A stretch of 37,821 nt of DNA from Actinomycetota bacterium (GTDB lineage: Bacteria > Actinomycetota > Acidimicrobiia > Spongiisociales > UBA5794), in contig JAYEIP010000084.1 in NCBI GenBank assembly GCA_034660155.1, positions 1 to 37,821 on the forward strand, written 5' to 3'. This document shows, piece after piece, positions 6,690 through 14,729 of the stretch (positions are counted from its first letter, which is position 1; each line of letters begins with the position of its first letter). The position numbers and the translations under genes were made by a program. Under the pieces are notes generated by a model. That model searched no databases and had not been told where the DNA came from. It saw nothing but the letters and a program-made list of their open reading frames with translations.

Positions 6690-9194
6690 CTAAGGCGCCG
6701 ACAGGCTTCCATTCGGATCCTGGCCGTAGGTCCTTTGCCAGGTCGTAAAGGTTGCGCTGCCGCCCTGGTCCCAGACCCAGTAGTCACCCGACGTGTCGGA
6801 GTAGATGTAATCGTTGTAGTTGAAGGTCGCCGTGCTAAAGACTGTGGCGATCCCATTCGTGACCACTCCGGTGTTGCCTGATGCGCTGATGCTATTGCCC
6901 GTCACCGTGGTGCGCAGCGGGGTCAATGAGCCGTACGCTCCGATATTCGAATCGAGGTCGTAGCCGATCACGACTACGGCGTTGTGGTTGCCGACAATGA
7001 TGTTGTTGGTCACGGTCGCGTCGGGGCCGGTAATCTGAACGGCACCGTTATAGAACTTGTCGGTGGCGAGTGCCTTGGTTCCGTTTCCACGGAACTCATT
7101 GGCGTCGATGGTGACCGCATAACTCTGGTCGTGACTGATCCCGGCGTAGTAATTGTCTTCGACAACATTGCCCTGATAAAGGGTGCCGGTGTTGTCCTTG
7201 TATGTCCATAGTCCGTAGCCATGGTTGCCGTGGACAGAATTATTGCTCACCACGAGGTTCTTGGTTGCCAGGAACTTGGCGCCGGCAAAGTAGTAATCAC
7301 CGGACGTTTGATCGTGGTTGTTGTTATCAATCTCATTCCCGTGAATAACAGAGCCGCTGCCACCATCAACCAAGATCCCGAATTGAGCGTTGCGGTGGAT
7401 GTGACTATTGGAGATTGTCGAGCCCCCGCGAATCGACACGCCCGCGTACGCGTTGTCATGAATGTCTGAGTTGGTGATCAGCCATCCGATTCCGTCGGTG
7501 TGGACGGCCCCTTTGCTGGAACCGGAGGTGTAGTTCTTGATCTCGATACCGTCGATGGTGACGTTGTCGACGCTCCCGGAGAAGGCAAAGCCCGTCTCGC
7601 CGAGACCGTCCATCACAGCGCCGGGCGCACCGATGAACTCCTGTCCCGCTTTGGGGAATACCTGTTGTCGTTGGTGGGTGCCTGCCTCGATAAAGATGCG
7701 CGCCCCCGTTGGCTGGGAGTCGGCGACCTCCTGAATGGACCATCCGACGGGAACAACCGCGTCGAATCCGTCGGGAATCTCAGGTGGGGTGTATCCCGGC
7801 GGTGGTGGCGGAGGGCTAGGCAGCGTCAGTGCCCGGCTCAGGAATGACGCCATCTCGCCACGAGTGACGTTGGCATGAGGGCAGAAATCCGAGTTAGTTG
7901 GCGGATTGCACCCGGCCGTGACACCTGCTCCCGCAAGACGGTCAATTGCCGTCTCAAAGATCGAATCGTTGTCGTCGACGAACCAGTCTGGCGTTGTCGC
8001 CGGCAGTGCTAACGCTCGATCCAGGAATGCCGCCATCTCGCCCCTGGTGACAGCTCGATCTGGGCAGAACGCAGAAGCACCGCACCCTTTGGTTATTCCT
8101 GAGGCGGCTAGGGCGTTGATATTCGCCTCGAAGACCGACTTGTTGTCATCGGTGAAGTAATCAGTTGCGGAAGAGGGTAGGTTGAGAGCTCGCACCAGGA
8201 ACGCAGCCATTTGCCCCCTGGTGACCGAGTCGTCCGGGCAGTAGAGATCATTGAGGGGTGGATTGCAGCCCCGTGTTATGTCTGCGAAGGCCAGCTTGGT
8301 GATGTTGGTGTTGTGGACGCTTGCGGCTGTGTCTCGGAACGACCCGATGGGGGCGTCGCCACAGCCGACACGTTCGCTGCTGAGGGCAAGCGAATCGAAG
8401 TCGAATGACAAGCTTCCCGGGGCCTTGGCGTCGCCGCCGTAATACACGTCGAACCAGAAGCTCTTGATGTCGATTCCGCCATCGGCACTGCCACGGAACT
8501 TGAAGTCGTCCTGATAAAAGGCGAGTTGTTCGTCTACCCAGCCTTCGAGGAGCCCATTGGGCTGTCCCGGTGTGTTCATTGCCACGTGGCCCTCCACGCA
8601 GTACCAGGCACCGTGTCGCAGCACGCCGGGCTGCGGATCCCACAGAATCAGGTCTCCGTTGTCCGTAGCCTGATCACGGTGGTAGACGTAGAACCCGATT
8701 TGGGTGAAATCAGAGTCGCGGGCTGTGTAAGTCGGCGAGAAGAACATTCGTGCCGACCACCCCGGCTGGGAGTCGCTGGGTTTGATGTTGTTGCGGGCCG
8801 ATCCTGTGTAGAGGCCAGCAGGCCCGGGAAGCTTGCCACGACCGTAATTGGTGAACCCGTCAGGCACACGCAGGTAATAGCGGAAGTACAACTCCTCTGG
8901 CTCAGGAATCCCCTGGTCTTCGAACTGCCAATGCATCGCCGATCCAAAATGAGAGTTGGCTGGGATCGAGACTTTGATCCCGGTTCCGTCGGATCCATCA
9001 GCAACCGTCGACACCTGATTACGGGGTCCGATATCGGCGTCGAACCAGTCCGCGGCCCAGGTGGTGGGGGTATCGCTAAACGGCTCATCGAGGTAGACGG
9101 TAGGGGCGGCCGTCGCCGGGCCGGTGGCCAGCATGCCGGCGAGAACCAGCGACGAGGCGAAGACGGACACGAGGCGAGTTGAGGGTCGATTCAT
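6690..9194 (-). CDS. Secreted multidomain protein: polysaccharide-lyase-like (concanavalin-type) N-domain, 3x Cys-SLH-like modules, Pro linker, right-handed beta-helix domain
   Basis: Signal peptide MNRPSTRLVSVFASSLVLAGMLATGPATA from ATG at 9194. GKLPGPAGLY...GWSARMFF...GAWYCVEGHV.MN...NGLLEGWVD resembles the Polysacc_lyase family. Three modules span aa 352-524 of the 900-aa ORF. PPPPPP linker. PbH1-like repeats NSDIHDN, NSHIHRN, HGNEIDNN, NNSVHGNHG. Confidence 0.75.
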   Translation of the reverse strand: MNRPSTRLVSVFASSLVLAGMLATGPATAAPTVYLDEPFSDTPTTWAADWFDADIGPRNQVSTVADGSDGTGIKVSIPANSHFGSAMHWQFEDQGIPEPEELYFRYYLRVPDGFTNYGRGKLPGPAGLYTGSARNNIKPSDSQPGWSARMFFSPTYTARDSDFTQIGFYVYHRDQATDNGDLILWDPQPGVLRHGAWYCVEGHVAMNTPGQPNGLLEGWVDEQLAFYQDDFKFRGSADGGIDIKSFWFDVYYGGDAKAPGSLSFDFDSLALSSERVGCGDAPIGSFRDTAASVHNTNITKLAFADITRGCNPPLNDLYCPDDSVTRGQMAAFLVRALNLPSSATDYFTDDNKSVFEANINALAASGITKGCGASAFCPDRAVTRGEMAAFLDRALALPATTPDWFVDDNDSIFETAIDRLAGAGVTAGCNPPTNSDFCPHANVTRGEMASFLSRALTLPSPPPPPPGYTPPEIPDGFDAVVPVGWSIQEVADSQPTGARIFIEAGTHQRQQVFPKAGQEFIGAPGAVMDGLGETGFAFSGSVDNVTIDGIEIKNYTSGSSKGAVHTDGIGWLITNSDIHDNAYAGVSIRGGSTISNSHIHRNAQFGILVDGGSGSVIHGNEIDNNNHDQTSGDYYFAGAKFLATKNLVVSNNSVHGNHGYGLWTYKDNTGTLYQGNVVEDNYYAGISHDQSYAVTIDANEFRGNGTKALATDKFYNGAVQITGPDATVTNNIIVGNHNAVVVIGYDLDSNIGAYGSLTPLRTTVTGNSISASGNTGVVTNGIATVFSTATFNYNDYIYSDTSGDYWVWDQGGSATFTTWQRTYGQDPNGSLSAP
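7821..8339 (-). repeat. Triplet of Cys-containing SLH-like modules (internal position)
   Basis: FRDTAASVH..ITRGCNPPLNDLYCPDDSVTRGQMAAFLVRAL / YFTDDNKSVFE..GITKGCGASAFCPDRAVTRGEMAAFLDRAL / WFVDDNDSIFE..GVTAGCNPPTNSDFCPHANVTRGEMASFLSRAL. Confidence 0.8.
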
Positions 9195-9284
9195 TTTGGA
9201 GTTGTGTGTCGGACAGGCGGAGGATCCGAGGGGTTGCTGGCCTGAAACAGTGATCGGCATTATGGGTTGATTCCTGTAGCTACC

Positions 9285-9314
9285 GGAACCAACCTCGAAA
9301 TCGACCTTTGGTTC
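9285..9314. promoter_or_regulatory. Inverted repeat in a divergent promoter region (candidate operator)
   Basis: GAACCAA (9286-9292) and TTGGTTC (9308-9314) are separated by 15 nt, within the 215-bp gap between two divergent secreted-protein genes. Confidence 0.2.
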
Positions 9315-9409
9315 GTGCAGTTGCTGCCGATAGTTTTTGTTGGGAGACGCGGTGCCATTGCTGCGGCATCGTCGGCTCCAGGTTCTGACCATCTACAGAG
9401 AGATCATCC

Positions 9410-11440
9410 ATGAAGGCCAGCAGGGTTCTCGTATTCCTTCCCGCTTTGATGCTGGTGCTTGCGTCATGTAGCAGTGATTCGGCACCCCCGACCTCGGTTG
9501 TGCAAGCGACGAGCAACACGATCGCTGCTGTCGCTAAGACCACTCAGCCCGAGGCCAGCGAAGCTGTCGGCAACCTCGAGGACGTCCGGGGTGCGATTGT
9601 GAGAATCGTTGCCGAGGGCAGCTTCGCCGACCCCGAGTTTGGCCAGCAATACAATGCTGCCGGGTCGGGTAGCGGCTTCTTTGTCGACTCCGCCGGTATC
9701 GCTGTCACCAACAATCACGTGGTCACCGGTGCCGCTTTCTTGCAGGTCTATGTCGAGGGTGAAGATGAGCCTCGCAACGCCCGAGTCCTGGGCGTCTCCG
9801 AGTGTTCCGATCTTGCTGTGATCGACGTCGAAGGCGACGGCTATCCATTCCTCGAATGGTCTGAAGGGGATCTTGCCGTCGGGACTCAGATTTATGCCGC
9901 AGGGTTTCCACTGGGCGACGAGGAATTCACCCTGCTCGATGGGATCATTTCTAAGGAGAACGCTGATGGCGAGTCGGACTGGGCCTCGATCGACAGTGTG
10001 ATCGAGCATTCTGCCGACACTCTCCCGGGTAGCTCAGGAGGACCGATCGTCACCGAAGATGGCAAGGTCGTAGCCGTCAATTACGCTGGCGATAGCCAGG
10101 GCCAGTCTTACGGGATTGGTCGTGATGAGGCGCTGGCGATTCTCCCCCAACTCATCGACGGTGACGATGTAACCTCCATTGGAATCAACGGTCAGGCGCT
10201 GAGCGACGGTGTGTTCACTGGTATCTGGGTGTCGTCGGTAGCTTCCGGAAGCCCGGCAGACCTGGGTGGTATCCAAAGCGGCGATCTAGTGACTCTTGTT
10301 GAAGGTCTGATCCCGGCGACCGACGGAAGCATGGCCGACTACTGCGACATCCTTCGCTCCCACGCTCCCGGTGACCCTTTGAGTGTTGAGGTCTACCGTT
10401 CGGCAGACGATGTGTTCCTCGAGGGGACCCTCAACACCGACAAGTCACTCGACGTGTCCTTCTCGTTTGAATCGGCTCTTGAGGATGAGGTTGCTGCCGC
10501 CACCGGAATTACAGATCCGGGTACAGCCGGTTACCCCTCCTATGTCAGCATCACGGACGTCAACAACACCATCAGCGTGGACGTTCCAACGGAGTGGGTT
10601 GACTCAGACGTCGAGAGCCTCTGGTTCTATGAAGATGAGGTGGTCGGGGCCTCCGTCAGCGCCGCCACCAACTACACGGATTGGGTCGATGGTTGGCAGA
10701 CGCCCGGCATGTTCTTTGGAGCATCGGCGACGATCTCTTCGTATGAGACGGTCGACTCGATTCTCGACAAGCAAGATTTCTCGTTTGCGTGTACCTACGA
10801 CGGACGTTTCGAGTATGCAGACGTGTATTACGAAGGCGCCTACGACTTGTGGGCGGATTGCGCCGGTGAGGACACGCTCTTTGTTGATCTGGTGGCACAG
10901 CCCCCGGGTTCGAATGTCCTGATGTTGTTACAGATCGTCGTCGTCTCGGATGCAGACCTCGAGGCGCTTGACACGATCCTGAACACCTTTGTTGTCGATG
11001 AAGCGGCGTTGGCCAATCTTGCCGGTGATACGACGGCCGCTCCGCCTGATGCGGGAACGGGTCTGGTCCTGGCGGCCTGGGAGATGTTGCCGGGCGATTG
11101 CTTCGATGACAGCTCAGTCACCTATGCCGATGACGGGACGATTTCGACTGTCACAACGTTGTCCTGCGACACTGCCCACGACAACGAGGTCGTACTTGCA
11201 TACGAGTTCCCGGCTGCACCCTGGCCCGGCGAGGAAGCCGTGTTCGAGAGTCTTGATGCGGTCTGCTCGGCAGCCTGGCCGGACTATGTCGGGGTGCCCT
11301 ATGTGGACAGCGCTCTCTTCTTCACCTATTTCTACCCGACTGAGGCGAACTGGGCGGCCGGCATTCGGACCGGCACCTGCTTTGCGTACGACGGCAATCT
11401 GGCACCGCTGACCGGTAGTGCCTACATGACCGGCCAGTAA
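9410..11440 (+). CDS. Lipoprotein S1C (HtrA/trypsin-like) serine protease with PDZ, an unassigned middle region and a septum-formation-like C-terminal domain
   Basis: Lipobox LVLASC. Triad contexts TNNHVV, DLAVIDV, GSSGGPIV. PDZ-like GIWVSSVASGSPADLGGIQSGDLV. The C-terminus GDCFDD...LSCDTAHDNEVV...AVCSAAW...TGTCFAY resembles the Septum_form family. Confidence 0.8.
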   Translation: MKASRVLVFLPALMLVLASCSSDSAPPTSVVQATSNTIAAVAKTTQPEASEAVGNLEDVRGAIVRIVAEGSFADPEFGQQYNAAGSGSGFFVDSAGIAVTNNHVVTGAAFLQVYVEGEDEPRNARVLGVSECSDLAVIDVEGDGYPFLEWSEGDLAVGTQIYAAGFPLGDEEFTLLDGIISKENADGESDWASIDSVIEHSADTLPGSSGGPIVTEDGKVVAVNYAGDSQGQSYGIGRDEALAILPQLIDGDDVTSIGINGQALSDGVFTGIWVSSVASGSPADLGGIQSGDLVTLVEGLIPATDGSMADYCDILRSHAPGDPLSVEVYRSADDVFLEGTLNTDKSLDVSFSFESALEDEVAAATGITDPGTAGYPSYVSITDVNNTISVDVPTEWVDSDVESLWFYEDEVVGASVSAATNYTDWVDGWQTPGMFFGASATISSYETVDSILDKQDFSFACTYDGRFEYADVYYEGAYDLWADCAGEDTLFVDLVAQPPGSNVLMLLQIVVVSDADLEALDTILNTFVVDEAALANLAGDTTAAPPDAGTGLVLAAWEMLPGDCFDDSSVTYADDGTISTVTTLSCDTAHDNEVVLAYEFPAAPWPGEEAVFESLDAVCSAAWPDYVGVPYVDSALFFTYFYPTEANWAAGIRTGTCFAYDGNLAPLTGSAYMTGQ

Positions 11441-11468
11441 CGGGTAGAGAGGGGGTTATCGTTCGGCG

Positions 11469-11831
11469 ATGCACGAACCGTGGATCGAACGCGTGATCCG
11501 GGAGGCTCAGCAAGCCGGCAGGTTTGACGGTGTCGAAGGTACCGGCAAGCCGATACCTGACCTGGATCGTCAATACGAACCCGGCTGGTGGGCCCGAAAG
11601 TGGGCTCATCGGGAGCGACATCGAATGGAGACCATCGAGTTGGCTCACGAGGTCGATAACGACTTGCCGCGAATTCTCGCCGGGACCGTCGAGCATGAGG
11701 TGCGGGCGGCGTTAGAGTCGCTCAACACCAAGATCAAGAAACACAACACCTCGTCCTCGGCTGGGGAGGGCCTTCCCCTGCTGGATGTGGAGCGACTGCT
11801 GCTTGAGCGGACTGGCCGGCAGAGAAGCTGA
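11469..11831 (+). CDS. DUF1992 (DnaJC28-like) protein
   Basis: IREAQQAGRFDGVEGTGKPIPDLD is the characteristic DUF1992 N-terminal motif. Confidence 0.65.
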   Translation: MHEPWIERVIREAQQAGRFDGVEGTGKPIPDLDRQYEPGWWARKWAHRERHRMETIELAHEVDNDLPRILAGTVEHEVRAALESLNTKIKKHNTSSSAGEGLPLLDVERLLLERTGRQRS

Positions 11832-11849
11832 TCGGCTTCGGCGGCGACG

Positions 11850-12593
11850 GTGGAAGGGACGGGCACCGTGAAGTTGCAAAAGATTGTTATCGGCCTGGCC
11901 GGGGTGGGGCTGCTGCTCATAGGAGCCGTTTGGTTCTTCTTCATCCGAAGCGACGCTCCGCCGGAAGCATCGTTAGAAGATGCGGTCGCTGCCGTTGGTG
12001 AGGATGCCATAGCCGACACCGGGAGCGGGTCGGGTGATTCGATTGGCGCCGATGGGGTTGACGGACTCGATGGGGCATGGGTGGTGGACCAAGGCTTGTC
12101 GTTCGTGGGGTATCGCATCACTGAAGAGCTGGCCAGCATCGGGGCAACAACCGCTGTTGGCCGAACCAGCGACGTGGTCGGCACCCTCACGTTTGCCGGG
12201 ACCCAGGTGACCGAGCTATCGGTGAGTGTCGACATGACGACGTTGCAAAGCGACCGATCCCGCCGGGATTCCGCGATGAGAACCCGGGGACTGGAAACGG
12301 ACACGTTCTCCACTGCAGCTTTCGTGCTGTCCGAGCCAATCGAACTGGGCGCGGCACCACGAGAGGGTGAGACCGTCAATGTCACGGCCGTCGGCGAATT
12401 GACTGTGCACGGGACGGCCAACACCGTCTCGATAGATTTCGAAGGGTCGTTGGTCGAAGGAACGATGGTCGTGGTCGGATCCGCTGATGTAGTTCTCACC
12501 GACTACGCCATAGAGGCCCCGACCGGCTTCTCAGTCGTAAGCATCGCCGACACCGGAACGATCGAACTCCAGCTTGCCTTTGTCCGCGGGTAG
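11850..12593 (+). CDS. Membrane-anchored YceI-like protein
   Basis: N-terminal TM helix, then W.VD...SFVGYRI......G.FAG..V.......V.VDM.TLQSD...RD, typical of YceI. An alternative GTG start at 11868 has a better SD (GGAAGGG). Confidence 0.65.
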   Translation: MEGTGTVKLQKIVIGLAGVGLLLIGAVWFFFIRSDAPPEASLEDAVAAVGEDAIADTGSGSGDSIGADGVDGLDGAWVVDQGLSFVGYRITEELASIGATTAVGRTSDVVGTLTFAGTQVTELSVSVDMTTLQSDRSRRDSAMRTRGLETDTFSTAAFVLSEPIELGAAPREGETVNVTAVGELTVHGTANTVSIDFEGSLVEGTMVVVGSADVVLTDYAIEAPTGFSVVSIADTGTIELQLAFVRG

Positions 12594-12615
12594 GGCGATC
12601 AAACGGCGGTCGTGG

Positions 12616-12803
12616 TTCGGACACCTGCTTAGAAACCCGACGTTTCGGACACCTCCTCAGACCAGGAGTTCGCTTTGCTAACTCCCAAGGTACTCACCCT
12701 CGGTGAGTACCCCTCTACCTCCGGCTGGCGCCGGCGGTACTTTCCCCCCGGAGGGGGGACTGATGCGAAGCGCTTCCCGGCTGGCGTCGGCGGTACTTTC
12801 CCG
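12616..12803 (+). repeat. Mosaic intergenic repeat, copy B (M1-M1'-M2-hairpin-M3-M3')
   Basis: M1 ttcggacacctgcttag (12616-12632). M1' ttcggacacctcctcag (12644-12660). M2 ccaggagttcgctttgctaactcccaaggtactcac (12662-12697). A perfect 10-bp hairpin ggtactcacc/ctc/ggtgagtacc (12689-12711). M3 (12721-12764) and a partial M3 (12777-12803). Confidence 0.75.
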
Positions 12804-12831
12804 CTGAGTGACACCGGAGGGAGGACGCTCC

Positions 12832-14595
12832 CTAGCTGAGGGCTCGTTTGAGGAAGGCTGCCATTTGTTCTCTGGTGACACGGCTGCCGGGGCAGAACAT
12901 GGTGTTGTCCGGGGGGTTGCAGCCTTTGGTGATGCCGGCTGTCGCCAGCTTGGCGATGGCGTCTTCGAAGACGCTGCCGTCATCGTCGATGAAAGTGTTC
13001 CCACCACCGTCATCGGTCAAGTTGAGAGCGCGTACAAGGAATGCGGCCATCTGCTCCCGGGTGACAAGATCGTTGGGGCAGAACATGGTGTTGTCCGGTG
13101 GGTTGCAGCCTTTGGTTACGCCGGCCGTTGCGAGCTTGTCGATGGCATCCTCAAAGATATCGCCATCATCATCGATGAATAGGTTTCCATCGCCCGCATC
13201 TGTGTAACCCAGGGCCCGTACCAAGAATGCGGCCATTTGGCCACGAGTGACAAAGTCGGTCGGGCAATAGCTGTTGTTGTCGCAGCCTTTTGTGATTCCC
13301 GAATCGCCAAGCCACAAGATGTCGGTGAGGAACACGGAGCTGGCGACATCGTCGAAACCGATCAGCTTGATCGTCAAGCCCTCAGCCGTTTCTGCCAGCA
13401 CCTTGAGGATGGTCCCGTGTGCGATGAGTTGCTCACCCTGGTTGAGATCGAAGGTGGCCTCGGTCCCAACCGCAGTCACATGATCGAGCGCGTTGGGGGA
13501 GGGTGGGTAACTGTACGGGCGGGAGGACAAGCCTCCACAAGGCAGGGCGGCAGCCTCCGGAAACGCCTTGCACCATTGCTCGATGTAGTGCGCGCTGACA
13601 CCTTCGAAGTTTGCCGGGATCGGGTCCAGGACCGAGCTGAGCCGAGCGTCGAGGGCAACAAACGCATACTCATAGTCGCTCGGCAGGATCACCATCTGGG
13701 TGCCGGGTATGCCGACGGGGGCCAGGGTCATCTCCGTGATTCCCCCGTCGTAGATCACTACGTCCGCAGGGTCCACCCAACCGGCGCGGTAACGGTTGAA
13801 CGCAAGCGAAGCGTAGGGATCGTCTGCACGACCGAGAAGTTCGCTTGGCATGTTGCCGCTCATGAAATCGATCGGATTGTCGTACTCATCGACCGTTTCG
13901 CCGGAGTAGGAGTGGGGAAAGCTGATCGTGTGACCGATCTCATGCGCCGCGGTGGTGATGTGCTCTGGTCCCCAGGACCCGGCCTTCAGCGAGCCGCCGT
14001 CGACTACTGCCCACCGTGAATTAGTCGGGAACGTCGTTGAGCTGAGGCTCTCACAGTTGTTGCAGTACAACCCGGGTCCGCCGAGTCCAGCATTGAATTG
14101 GTTGTCGAGCACGCCGATCGCAGCACTATCCCCCCAAAGCGGATTGGCTGCAGCTGACATCTTGGCCGCACAGTCGTTGAAACTGTTGGCCTGCGTCGTG
14201 ACAGTTGTCCTCGCAATGAACGTTGGGTTGTAGTCGCCGTCGGACAGTCCGAGAAAATACGAATTGACCTGGTTGTTCAGGGTCATCGTCGCGTTGGCCA
14301 GATTTACGCCGAACGTTGCTCCCGCCCAGGTGCACACATAGACGCCGATCTGGTCAGTTCCCTGTGAGTAGCGTCGCACGTCATTAGGCCACACGACCAA
14401 TCTGAGTGGGTCGCCGGAGAACTCATCAAGTGCCGCAATAGACCGCGCATTGGCATCAAGGATTGGAGCTACGGCATCCGTTTCGGCCGCGTCAAACTCT
14501 GCGTCAGCGAATGGTTGTGGTCCGCCGGCGGCACCTACGGGTGCCGCGACAAGCAGGGACGCTGTGACTAATAGGGCTGCGAAGATCTTACGCAT
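12832..14595 (-). CDS. Secreted metzincin-like zinc metalloprotease with C-terminal triplet of Cys-SLH-like modules
   Basis: Signal peptide MRKIFAALLVTASLLVAAPVGAAG from ATG at 14595 (SD GGAAGGG). HEIGHTISFPH (HExxHxxxxxH, 13912-13944). Three modules at the C-terminus. The ORF-track start at 14670 adds 25 non-signal residues. Confidence 0.75.
   Translation of the reverse strand: MRKIFAALLVTASLLVAAPVGAAGGPQPFADAEFDAAETDAVAPILDANARSIAALDEFSGDPLRLVVWPNDVRRYSQGTDQIGVYVCTWAGATFGVNLANATMTLNNQVNSYFLGLSDGDYNPTFIARTTVTTQANSFNDCAAKMSAAANPLWGDSAAIGVLDNQFNAGLGGPGLYCNNCESLSSTTFPTNSRWAVVDGGSLKAGSWGPEHITTAAHEIGHTISFPHSYSGETVDEYDNPIDFMSGNMPSELLGRADDPYASLAFNRYRAGWVDPADVVIYDGGITEMTLAPVGIPGTQMVILPSDYEYAFVALDARLSSVLDPIPANFEGVSAHYIEQWCKAFPEAAALPCGGLSSRPYSYPPSPNALDHVTAVGTEATFDLNQGEQLIAHGTILKVLAETAEGLTIKLIGFDDVASSVFLTDILWLGDSGITKGCDNNSYCPTDFVTRGQMAAFLVRALGYTDAGDGNLFIDDDGDIFEDAIDKLATAGVTKGCNPPDNTMFCPNDLVTREQMAAFLVRALNLTDDGGGNTFIDDDGSVFEDAIAKLATAGITKGCNPPDNTMFCPGSRVTREQMAAFLKRALS
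12835..13356 (-). repeat. Triplet of Cys-containing SLH-like modules (C-terminal)
   Basis: FDDVASSVF..GITKGCDNNSYCPTDFVTRGQMAAFLVRAL / FIDDDGDIFEDAIDKLATAGVTKGCNPPDNTMFCPNDLVTREQMAAFLVRAL / FIDDDGSVFEDAIAKLATAGITKGCNPPDNTMFCPGSRVTREQMAAFLKRAL. Confidence 0.8.
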
Positions 14596-14729
14596 TGCGG
14601 TGCACCCTTCCGAGGCGGTCTGAGGAACTCTATCGGCATCGGCGTCTGCATGCTTGCACTTAAATGACAAGCCATTGATAGGTGCTTGGTTTTTCGTAGT
14701 TGGTATGAAGAATCAGATTTCGTTGGTGG

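Noticed and set aside
9195-9392. Upstream extension of the lyase/beta-helix gene (starts at 9392 or 9260)
   Set aside because: The extension precedes a textbook Sec signal peptide that begins at the ATG at 9194. The extra residues would bury the signal. No SD supports either upstream start, though none is obvious for 9194 either.
11645-12499. 284-aa minus-strand ORF antisense to the DUF1992 and YceI genes
   Set aside because: It overlaps motif-supported genes on the other strand. It has Ser/Thr/Pro/Ala-rich low-complexity translation and no recognisable domain.
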